A stretch of 64,000 nt of DNA from Candidatus Latescibacterota bacterium. GTDB lineage: Bacteria; Latescibacterota; UBA2968. The stretch spans positions 2,848,001 through 2,912,000 of the forward strand of contig OZ242010.1 of NCBI GenBank assembly GCA_965204745.1, read 5' to 3'. The translations under genes and the position numbers were made by a program. Positions 27,161 through 35,800 of the stretch are shown here, one piece after another. Below the pieces are notes generated by a model. That model did not search any database and was not told where the DNA came from. It saw only the letters and a list, made by a program, of their open reading frames with translations. The stretch's first letter is position 1. Every line of letters starts with the position of its first letter.

Positions 27161-28568
27161 CGCCATTTAGATCTCGATCCATCGCCTGACCATCTATCCG
27201 ACTACGAATGACTTTCGCACCGCCCAAGTTCTTCACACGCTCGCCTGTCCAACTGACTGTTTTGGACGTGTATGCCTCATTGACATCGAAGACCAACTTG
27301 CCGGTCTCAAATGCTTTGTGCTTGAGAAACTGCTTGAAGCGGTAATGGGCGAAGGTCAACATACTGCGAACAGATTTACGACGAAGGCAACGCCGACCCC
27401 GCACAACCATCTCGGTCGTCTCAAATGTGGGCAACAGAATCACATCGTAGTTGTCCACCAGCCAACGAGACACCTGCTTGTGCAGTTCATCGATCAAGTC
27501 TCGTATGCGCCAGCGTAACCGACCTGTCGCACGCTTCAAACGCACCTTGCGAAAGCCAATAGCCTTTGTCATGCGACCGATCAACTCGTCAAGGTGAACA
27601 CACAAACGTTGGATACGACCAAAATCGCCCTCGCCAATCTTACCGCAGTCATTCTCAGAATAGAACGTCAAGAAACTGCGAATACCCGGATCAAGTGCCA
27701 CGACGCGCCCTTGGGTCTCGGCTACGCGCCGTGGACTTGAATAGGGCACAGTCACATAGTACCGACCCTGATGAACAATAAATCGACCATCTTTTACTGC
27801 CGCAACAGATTCGGACAACCGAATAGCACCAAGACTGCGAGGGTATATGGTCGTCCGATCTTTATTCCAAGCCACATTGCACAAAGCAAACGATTGTGTA
27901 GGGCACTTCCTCTCCCGAAAGTTTAAGAGCACCTTTCGCTTTTTCCCTTTCTTCTTCAATCGGTTACGCTCACGCCAAACGGCTTGGTTTGCCCTGTACG
28001 CATCGGTTATCGCACCAGACAATATCTTGCTCGGCACATCGCCAAAACGCTTAGGACTCACCGCACGGACAATCACACGCATCTCATACTCAGACAACGG
28101 AAAGCCCGCACGATACAAGGACACCGCCTCGTTATACCACCAACGACTCGCCGACATCCACAAGTCAATCAATGAACGCTGTTCAGCGTTCAGATAGACT
28201 CTTATCTTTCTTGATTTTGTCACGATATTTGCGGAGTCCGGACAGCCGACAAGAGAACGTATCGAGAATGGACAAAATATCTTCCGTGAGTTCTTGTTCT
28301 GGACGACAACTTGACTCGTCGAGAACCACGACCTCGCCCCCGTTTTGCTTTGCCAACCACTCAATAAGTTCAAAGCCGAACCGTGCAAGGCGGTCTTTGT
28401 GGGCAACCACAATCCGCAACTTCTCTCCGCTGTGTAAGCGTTCCAGTAGGGCAACAAGTCCCTTCCGCTTCCAGTTGAGGCCTCCGCCAATGTCTTTGAC
28501 GACCTCTGCTCCGGGATAACGGGATTGCAAGAGGGCAACTTGCCCTCGCAAGTCGTCTTTTTGGGCAT
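27099..28568 (-). CDS. tnpB: TnpB of Fanzor2-like (pro-Fanzor) type; start uncertain (frame open to 28730)
   Basis: ALDPGIRSF, ILLPTFE, VNEAYTSKT, DRDLNGARGI. Confidence 0.88.
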   Translation of the reverse strand: MPKKTTCEGKLPSCNPVIPEQRSSKTLAEASTGSGRDLLPYWNAYTAERSCGLWLPTKTALHGSALNLLSGWQSKTGARSWFSTSQVVVQNKNSRKIFCPFSIRSLVGCPDSANIVTKSRKIRVYLNAEQRSLIDLWMSASRWWYNEAVSLYRAGFPLSEYEMRVIVRAVSPKRFGDVPSKILSGAITDAYRANQAVWRERNRLKKKGKKRKVLLNFRERKCPTQSFALCNVAWNKDRTTIYPRSLGAIRLSESVAAVKDGRFIVHQGRYYVTVPYSSPRRVAETQGRVVALDPGIRSFLTFYSENDCGKIGEGDFGRIQRLCVHLDELIGRMTKAIGFRKVRLKRATGRLRWRIRDLIDELHKQVSRWLVDNYDVILLPTFETTEMVVRGRRCLRRKSVRSMLTFAHYRFKQFLKHKAFETGKLVFDVNEAYTSKTVSWTGERVKNLGGAKVIRSRIDGQAMDRDLNGARGIFLRALGDTPKLRDCLT

Positions 28569-28758
28569 AACTGCTGACCCGCGCATAGCACACAACGGCA
28601 ACGCCAACTTCTTCCCGCAAGAACGCATCGACATTGTAAAGCCTCCGACCACCCGGACTGCGGATATGTTCAATCCGACCGTCAGTCGCCCACTTACGCA
28701 ATGTGCTCGGATGAACGCCAAGCAAAGCAACCGCTTTGCGAGTATTTACATACGCCAT
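28183..28758 (-). CDS. tnpA: IS607 TnpA serine recombinase with an N-terminal MerR-like HTH
   Basis: LGVHPSTLRKW, YARVSS, KDRLARFGFE, FSCRL. Confidence 0.95.
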   Translation of the reverse strand: MAYVNTRKAVALLGVHPSTLRKWATDGRIEHIRSPGGRRLYNVDAFLREEVGVAVVCYARVSSYAQKDDLRGQVALLQSRYPGAEVVKDIGGGLNWKRKGLVALLERLHSGEKLRIVVAHKDRLARFGFELIEWLAKQNGGEVVVLDESSCRPEQELTEDILSILDTFSCRLSGLRKYRDKIKKDKSLSER

Positions 28759-28797
28759 AGTAACAACATACGGCTTTTGTGAACAAATGTTGACAAT

Positions 28798-29064
28798 TTA
28801 TTTCCTACACGCTACTCCTCCAAAATGAGAAATACCAAACCAATACCCTACAAATGCCACCAATTCCTCCCAATCTTTATCCACTATCTCAGGACTCCAT
28901 CCCGTCCATAACACTGACCAACCCGACGCTTTACTGAGTCCAAAAACAAAAGCAAGTGCGATAAAGAAAATGTTGTTGTATAAATCATACTTCTCAGCAA
29001 TCTTCTTCCATTTGTCCGATTTCATATCAGACCTTAAGTCTTTCTGTCTTTCTGCCACACACAC
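28798..29064 (-). CDS. Small membrane protein (passenger), ending at the IS607 left end
   Basis: gaggagg RBS with GTG start; hydrophobic segment. Confidence 0.5.
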   Translation of the reverse strand: MCVAERQKDLRSDMKSDKWKKIAEKYDLYNNIFFIALAFVFGLSKASGWSVLWTGWSPEIVDKDWEELVAFVGYWFGISHFGGVACRK

Positions 29065-29379
29065 CTCCTCAAAAAAAGGGGATTATATACAATAGTGCCG
29101 GAGAGTGCTTGACGAAACCTTTACCACTAAATCACACTTTTTTTTACTTTCTCAAAGTATTCTCGCCAGAACTCCAAATAATCCTTTTCTGACTATCAGA
29201 ATAAAATCACAATAAGCTCTCTCTATATATATCTAAAATCATATTGTCAATGTTTTTTTATTATTCAAACATCAAAATTCCTCAAACATCAAATCCCGGC
29301 CACTTTGTATATAATTCCCTTATTTTTTTTCTCACAGATTAGCAATGTGTTGCTTACTCATTTAGAGATACGGTTCATT

Positions 29380-29475
29380 CTGCCGATCTAACACGGTGAC
29401 GGACAAGTCGATTTCGCAGACTTTCTATTGTTCAGTGGATGCTTCAACAAGCCGTTGCCGTGTCCATCGGAGTAG
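29380..29475 (+). pseudogene. Remnant dockerin-like C-terminus
   Basis: GDGQVDFADFLLFSGCFNKPLPCPSE* with no intact upstream frame. Confidence 0.55.
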
Positions 29476-29527
29476 CAAAGGCCACGGGCTACGCCTATTC
29501 TAAAGTCGCCCAAATTTTTTTATTTTG

Positions 29528-29655
29528 ACGTAAGCGTTGATTCTGTCTTATTTCCTGCGATTTATTTAAGCGATCTCGTTGGCTATGGGTGTTGTGGTGG
29601 CGTGCGTCTTTGATGCAGAATAACGGCTTGTGGGGCGTGCCTACGGTTCGCCCCA
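29528..29655 (+). promoter_or_regulatory. ~130-bp leader/promoter repeat, copy 1 (others ~29786-29930 and ~32734-32880)
   Basis: gtaagcgttgattctgt...gtggcgtgcgtctttgatgcagaata...ggggcgtgcct precedes three start codons. Confidence 0.75.
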
Positions 29656-29674
29656 TTTTCACAAGGAGATGGAG

Positions 29675-29797
29675 ATGAAGTATCTCGAGTATCTCGTAGC
29701 TGTTGCCATCTTTGCCATCTGGCTGGGGGCAGTCGAATTCGCCCTAATTCTTTTCTTTGATTGGCGTAAGCGTAAGCGTAAGCGTCGTAAGCGTTGA
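29675..29797 (+). CDS. 40-aa single-TM peptide with a poly-Arg/Lys tail
   Basis: aaggag RBS; MKYLEYLVAVAIFAIWLGAVEFALILFFDWRKRKRKRRKR. Confidence 0.55.
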   Translation: MKYLEYLVAVAIFAIWLGAVEFALILFFDWRKRKRKRRKR

Positions 29798-29944
29798 TTC
29801 TGTTGCCTGGTGTTATCCGTATGAAAGCGATCTCGTTTGCTATGGGTTTGTAGTGGCGTGCGTCTTTGATGCAGAATAAGGGCTTGTGGGGCGTGCCTGA
29901 CAAACGCCCCAAATTCTTTCTCTCTCTTATTGGAGGGTTGCAAA

Positions 29945-31498
29945 ATGTTGAAGCGTATGTTTGGTTGTTTCGCAGTTGTCTTGTTGGCGCTGGCAATGCA
30001 ACAGCCCGTTGCCGCACAAAACAGTGCCGACTTTGATGGCGATGGCACGGTGGGCTTTGCAGACTTCTTGGCGTTTGCAGGGCAATTTGGTGCCCAGCGC
30101 GGAGACGGCAGATACCAAGCCAAATTTGATCTGAATAGCGATGGCAAGATTGATTTTGCAGACTTTCTACGCTTTGCCAGCAGCTATGGTCAGTCAGTGC
30201 CACCTAGTGGCGGGGGCGGTAGCGGGGGCGGTAGTAGCGGCGGCGGCGGGGGCAGTGGTGGTAGTGGTGGCGGTAGTAGCAGTCCCGATCTGATCGTTGA
30301 ATCGCCTTCTGTCAGCGATAGCACGCTGACGCCTGGGCAATCCTTCACCCTGCAAGTCACCGTTCGCAATCGGGGCACGGGGCAATCAGCCTCGACGACC
30401 CTGACCTATTACCGCTCGTCCAATTCGACGATCTCTACGAGCGATACAGAAGTGAGCACGGATTCGGTCAGCGGTCTGTCCGCTTCGGGCACAGGTTCGG
30501 AATCGATCAGGCTAACTGCTCCGTCGAGTACCGGCACGTATTACTACGGCGCGTGTGTGGCAAGCGTCAGCGGCGAGACCGATACCCGCAACAACTGCTC
30601 AACAGGCGTGCGCGTTACGGTGAGTGGCGGCGGCGGTAGCACGGAAGTTGTTATTCCCGATGCCAACCTTCGCGCTGAAATTGAGAGCCGTTTGGGCAAG
30701 GCACGCGGTGCGCCGATCACACGGGCAGACATGGCGAGCTTGACGCTGATTGACGCGGGAGGTGCGGGCATTAACGATTTGACAGGGCTTGAGTATGCAA
30801 CCAACCTGACAACGTTAGGGCTTAGCGGCAACCAGATCTCGGATATCGCCGCATTATCGGGATTAACCAACCTGACAAAGTTATGGCTTTGGAGCAACCA
30901 AATCTCGGATATCGCCGCATTATCGGGTTTAACCAAACTGACAGAGTTACGGCTTAGCGGCAACCAAATCTCGGATATCGCCCCACTATCGGGATTAACC
31001 AAACTGACATTCTTAACCCTTTCCGGCAACCAGATCTCGGATATCGCCGCATTATCGGGATTAACCAAACTGACATACTTAAACCTTCGCGGCAACCGAA
31101 TCTCGGATATCGCCCCACTATCGAGATTAACCAACCTGACATCGTTACTGCTTAACGACAACCAAATCTCGGATATCGCCGCGCTAGCGGGATTAACCAA
31201 CCTGACATGGTTATCCCTTTACGACAACCAAATCTCGGATATCGCCGCATTATCGGGATTAACCAACCTGACAAAGTTATGGCTTTGGAGCAACCAAATC
31301 TCGGATATCGCCGCATTATCGGGATTAACCAACCTGACAGAGTTAGACCTTGATCGCAACCGTATCTCGGATATCGCCGCATTATCGGGATTAACCAACC
31401 TGAGAGTGTTATACCTTCAAGACAACCCGTTGAGTGCCACATCAAGAAACACGCACATTCCGGCACTTCGGGCCAGAGGGGTTACGGTGATTTTTTAG
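29945..31498 (+). CDS. Secreted dockerin-like/CARDB/internalin-type LRR protein
   Basis: Signal peptide; DFDGDGTVGFADF EF-hand pair; Gly linker; PDLIV...YYGACV domain; ten 22-aa LRRs. Confidence 0.9.
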   Translation: MLKRMFGCFAVVLLALAMQQPVAAQNSADFDGDGTVGFADFLAFAGQFGAQRGDGRYQAKFDLNSDGKIDFADFLRFASSYGQSVPPSGGGGSGGGSSGGGGGSGGSGGGSSSPDLIVESPSVSDSTLTPGQSFTLQVTVRNRGTGQSASTTLTYYRSSNSTISTSDTEVSTDSVSGLSASGTGSESIRLTAPSSTGTYYYGACVASVSGETDTRNNCSTGVRVTVSGGGGSTEVVIPDANLRAEIESRLGKARGAPITRADMASLTLIDAGGAGINDLTGLEYATNLTTLGLSGNQISDIAALSGLTNLTKLWLWSNQISDIAALSGLTKLTELRLSGNQISDIAPLSGLTKLTFLTLSGNQISDIAALSGLTKLTYLNLRGNRISDIAPLSRLTNLTSLLLNDNQISDIAALAGLTNLTWLSLYDNQISDIAALSGLTNLTKLWLWSNQISDIAALSGLTNLTELDLDRNRISDIAALSGLTNLRVLYLQDNPLSATSRNTHIPALRARGVTVIF

Positions 31499-31506
31499 TT
31501 CCGTGT

Positions 31507-32691
31507 GGCGTTGTTGCATAAATAGCAATTTCCTGCAAGTTGGGATTGCAAAAAGACAGGCTCCTTCGTAGATTGGGCATATAGATCACCAAAACAACTC
31601 ACCCTTTCTCACCAGGAACCTGTCATGCCCAAGATAACCGCTTCCAAACCCGCCGTCAAGTCCCCGCGTCGCCCGCGTCGCCCGCGCTGTGCGCCTGTCT
31701 ATCGGGTTAGGAACTGGGCGGCCTACGAGGCCGGTCTCAAGCAGCGGGGCAGTCTGACGTTTTGGATCACGCCGCAAGCTCTTCGGGGGTGGTACCATCA
31801 AGGGCCAACGCAACGGGGGAGGCAAAACACCTTTTCAGATTTGGCTATTCAAACGGCATTGATGGTGCGCTTGGTCTATGCCTTGCCCCTGCGTCAAACC
31901 GAGGGGTTTCTCAAGTCCATCCTGGCATTGATGGGGGTGGATTTGCGTGTGCCCGATCACACGACCCTCTGCCGGCGACAGGGCGATTTGAACGTGGATT
32001 TCCCTGTCCAATCCCGTCACGAGCCGATCCACTTGGTGGTGGATTCTACCGGCCTGAAAGTGTATGGCGAAGGCGAATGGAAGGTGCGTCAACACGGCTT
32101 TTGCAAGCGCCGGACTTGGCGCAAATTGCACATCGGCGTCGATGAGGCCACCGGGGAGATTGTCGCACAGACCCTGACCTCGGCAAGCGTTGATGACGCT
32201 TCGCAGGTCAACCCCTTGCTCGATCAAGTCCCGGCCCCTGTCCATACGCTGGGCGCCGATGGCGGCTATGACAAACGCAAGGTCTTCAACACATGCGCCG
32301 CCCCCAAACAAGGAGCCCCCATCCGACCTCTGATTCCCCCGCGCCATGATGCCAAAATTGAACAACACGGAAACAGGAAGGCACCCCCCCTCGCCCGCGA
32401 TGAAATCATCCGAGCGATCAGGCGTCAAGGCCGCCGACAGTGGAAACGCACCAGTGGCTATCATCGTCGCTCGGTCGTTGAAACCCACATAGGCCGCTAC
32501 AAACAACTCATTGGGCGGCAGTTGCGCGCACGAAAAAAGAAGAACCAAGAAACGGAAGCACGGTTGGGATGTGCGGTGCTCAATCGCATGATGAGGATCG
32601 CGAAACCCGTGTCCTATCCCATAGAAAGAAGGGCTTAAATTTCGCGGGAAAGGGACGAACTTCGCCACGACAACATTTATGCAACAACGCC
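31507..32691 (+). mobile_element. IS5-family (IS903 group) insertion sequence, 1185 bp
   Basis: 17-bp TIRs ggcgttgttgcataaat; 9-bp TSD gttccgtgt (31498-31506, 32692-32700). Confidence 0.95.
31625..32638 (+). CDS. IS5/IS903 DDE transposase
   Basis: NWAAYEAGLKQRGSLT, VDSTGLK, ADGGYD, YHRRSVVET. Confidence 0.95.
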   Translation: MPKITASKPAVKSPRRPRRPRCAPVYRVRNWAAYEAGLKQRGSLTFWITPQALRGWYHQGPTQRGRQNTFSDLAIQTALMVRLVYALPLRQTEGFLKSILALMGVDLRVPDHTTLCRRQGDLNVDFPVQSRHEPIHLVVDSTGLKVYGEGEWKVRQHGFCKRRTWRKLHIGVDEATGEIVAQTLTSASVDDASQVNPLLDQVPAPVHTLGADGGYDKRKVFNTCAAPKQGAPIRPLIPPRHDAKIEQHGNRKAPPLARDEIIRAIRRQGRRQWKRTSGYHRRSVVETHIGRYKQLIGRQLRARKKKNQETEARLGCAVLNRMMRIAKPVSYPIERRA

Positions 32692-32890
32692 GTTCCGTGT
32701 TGCAAGGCTTGCGAGCGAGAGGGGGTGAGCGTTGTAAGCGTTGATTCTGTCGCCTGGTGTTATCCGTGTGGGGTGATCTCGTTGGGTATGGGTTGTTAGT
32801 GGCGTGCGTCTTTGATGCAGAATAGGGGCTTGTGGGGCGTGCCTGACAAACGCCCCAATTTCTTTCTCTCTCTTATTGGAGGAGAGTAAA

Positions 32891-35800
32891 ATGTTGAAGC
32901 GTATGTTTGGTTGTTTCGCAGTGGTCTTGTTGGCGGTGGCAATGCACCAGCCCGTAGCCGCCGGTCCCAATGCTAATGCCGTTCTGTCTTGGGACATCGA
33001 TGCCAGCGATAATAAAAGGGATGATGGCAATACATCGGGCACCGTGGCAGGTGCTGGTACCGATGTTGTCGTCGAGGTGTTTATCACGGGGTTGGCAGGC
33101 CCAATTATCGGTGGTGCGTTTTCCATTGATACGAATAGGCTGACCGTCAAAAGTGCGGCGGCTACGCCGGGGTTGTCGGTTCTTGGGACTACCGCAAGAA
33201 CTGTCTCATTAGGTGGTTTCCCACCGGGCGTTGCCCTGCCCAATGGCTATTTGGGAACGGTTACGCTTACGACAACTTCTGACGTAACAGGTACCGAATT
33301 CACAGTTAGTGCCAGCATAAATGTGGCGGATGGCACAAGTCCTTTTGCGACGGATATGCTCACCGCGGCGACGCCATTGACTTTTAATGCCTCTACGCAA
33401 ACGCCTACGCCCGATTTTAACGGCGATGGCACAGTAGACTTTGCAGACTTCGTGGTGTTTGCAGGGCAATTTGGCACGCGGCGCGGGGATAGCAGATACC
33501 AAGCGAAGTATGATTTGAATAGCGATGGCGCGATAGACTTTCGGGATTTTCTGAGTTTTGCCGGCAGTTATGGTCAGTCCGTGCCACCTAGTGGCGGGGG
33601 CGGTAGTAGCGGCGGTGGCGGTGGCGGTGGCGGTGGCAGTGGTGGTAGTGGTGGCGGTAGTAGCAGTCCCGATCTGGTCGTTGAATCGCCTTCGGTCAGC
33701 GATAGAACCTTGACGCCTGGGCAATCCTTCACCCTGCAAGCCACCGTTCGCAATCGGGGCACGGGGCAATCAGCCTCGACGACCCTGACCTATTACCGCT
33801 CGTCCAATTCGACGATCTCTACGAGCGATACAGAAGTGGGCACGGATTCGGTCAGCGGTCTGTCCGCTTCTCGCACGGGTTCGGAATCGATCAGGCTAAC
33901 TGCTCCGTCGAGTACCGGCACGTATTACTACGGCGCGTGTGTGGCAAGCGTCAGCGGGGAGAGCAATACCGACAACAACTGCTCAGAGGGCGTACGCGTT
34001 ACGGTCGTGACTTCCGATCTGATCGTTGAATCGCCATCGGTGGATAATACCACGCCGACGCCGGGGCAGTCGATCACCCTAAGCGCGACGGTGCGTAATC
34101 AAGGCACGGCTGAGGTAGCGGCGACGACCCTGCGCTATTATCAATCGTCTGACGCGACGATCACCACCGACGACACAGCAGTCGGCAAGGATGCCGTCCC
34201 CGAGCTAGCGGCTTCGGCGACGAGTGAGCAGTCAAGTAACGTGACCGCACCTTCGACCGCGGGCACGTATTACTACGGCGCGTGTGTGGAGGCGGTCAGC
34301 GGCGAGAGCAACACCGACAACAACTGCTCAACCGGCGTGCGCGTTACGGTGAGTAGCGGTGGCGGTAGTAGCGGCGGTGGCGGTGGCGGTGGCGGTAGTA
34401 GCAGTCCTGACCTGATCGTGGAACAGCCTTCGGTCAGCGAGAGCACGCTGACGTCTGAGCAATCCTTCACCCTGCAAGCCACAGTTCGCAACCGCGGCAC
34501 GGGGCAATCTCCCGAAACGACCCTGCACTATTATCAATCGTCCGACGCGACGATCACCACCGACGACACAGCAGTCGGCACGGATTTGGTCAACGGTCTG
34601 TCCGCTTCGCGCACGGGGGCGGAATCGATCAGTCTGACTGCACCTTCGACCGCGGGCACGTATTACTACGGCGCGTGTGTGGCAAGCGTCACCGGCGAGA
34701 GCGACACCAACAACAACTGCTCGGAGGGCGTGCGCGTCATGGTCGTTGTTCCTGACCTGATCGTTGAATCGTTTTCGGTCAGTGACAGTACGGTGGGTGT
34801 GGGTAAAGGCATCACTGCGCGTGCCACAGTTCGCAACCAGGGCATGGGGTCGTCAGAATCGACGAGGGTGGTTTTTTATGTGGACGATGATTCATATACT
34901 AATCCCCCCCACGTGCGCGGTCTTTCGGCTTCGGAGACGTATGAGGTATCGAGAGGGTTGAGAGTACCGTCGCGTCCTGGCACGTATTCCTACCACGCGT
35001 GCGTGGAGGATGTCCGCTACGAGACCAATACCGACAACAACTGCTCGAATGCTGTGCGCGTTACGGTCTTGGGTCCCGATCTGATCGTTGAATCGTTTTC
35101 GGTCAGTGACAGTACGGTGGGTGTGGGTAAAGGCATCACTGCGCGTGCCACAGTTCGCAACCAGGGCATGGGGTCGTCAGAATCGACGAGGGTGGTTTTT
35201 TATGTGGACGATGATTCATATACTAATCCCCCCCACGTGCGCGGTCTTTCGGCTTCGGAGACGTATGAGGTATCGAGAGGGTTGAGAGTACCGTCGCGTG
35301 CTGGCACGTATTCCTACCACGCGTGCGTGGAGGATGTCCGCGACGAGACCAATACCGACAACAACTGCTCGAATGCTGTGCGCGTTACGGTCTTGGGTCC
35401 CGATCTGATCGTTGAATCGTTTTCGGTCAGTGACAGTACGGTGGGTGTGGGTGACGTCATCACTGCGCGTGCCACAGTTCGCAACCAGGGCATGTGGCCG
35501 TCAGAATCGACGAGGGTGGTTTTTTATTGGGACGATAATTCATATACTAATCCCCCCCACGTGCGCGGTCTTTCGGCTTCGGAGACGTATGAGGTATCGA
35601 GCAGGTTGAGAGTACCGTCGCGTGCTGGCACGTATTCCTACCACGCGTGCGTGGAGGATGTCCGCGACGAGACCAATACCGACAACAACTGCTCGAATGC
35701 TGTGCGCGTTACGGTCTTGGGTCCCGATCTGATCGTTGAATCGGTTTCGGTCAGTGACAACACGGTGAACGTCGGTCAAGAATTCACTCTGTATGCCACA

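Larger units (their letters stand above)
27031..28805 (-). mobile_element. IS607-family element (tnpA serine recombinase plus tnpB)
   Basis: tnpA-tnpB pair; GG dinucleotides at the inferred ends (27031-27032, 28804-28805); tgttgaca motif near both ends. Confidence 0.8.
26581..29319. mobile_element. Non-autonomous TIR cassette (IS1595-like MIC) without a DDE transposase
   Basis: Perfect 24-bp TIRs gggaattatatacaaagtggccgg (26581-26604, 29296-29319); 8-bp TSD ttattttt (26573-26580, 29320-29327); AT-rich interior. Confidence 0.85.

Noticed and set aside
30795-31430. CRISPR-like 66-bp periodicity
   Set aside because: These are in-frame LRR coding repeats
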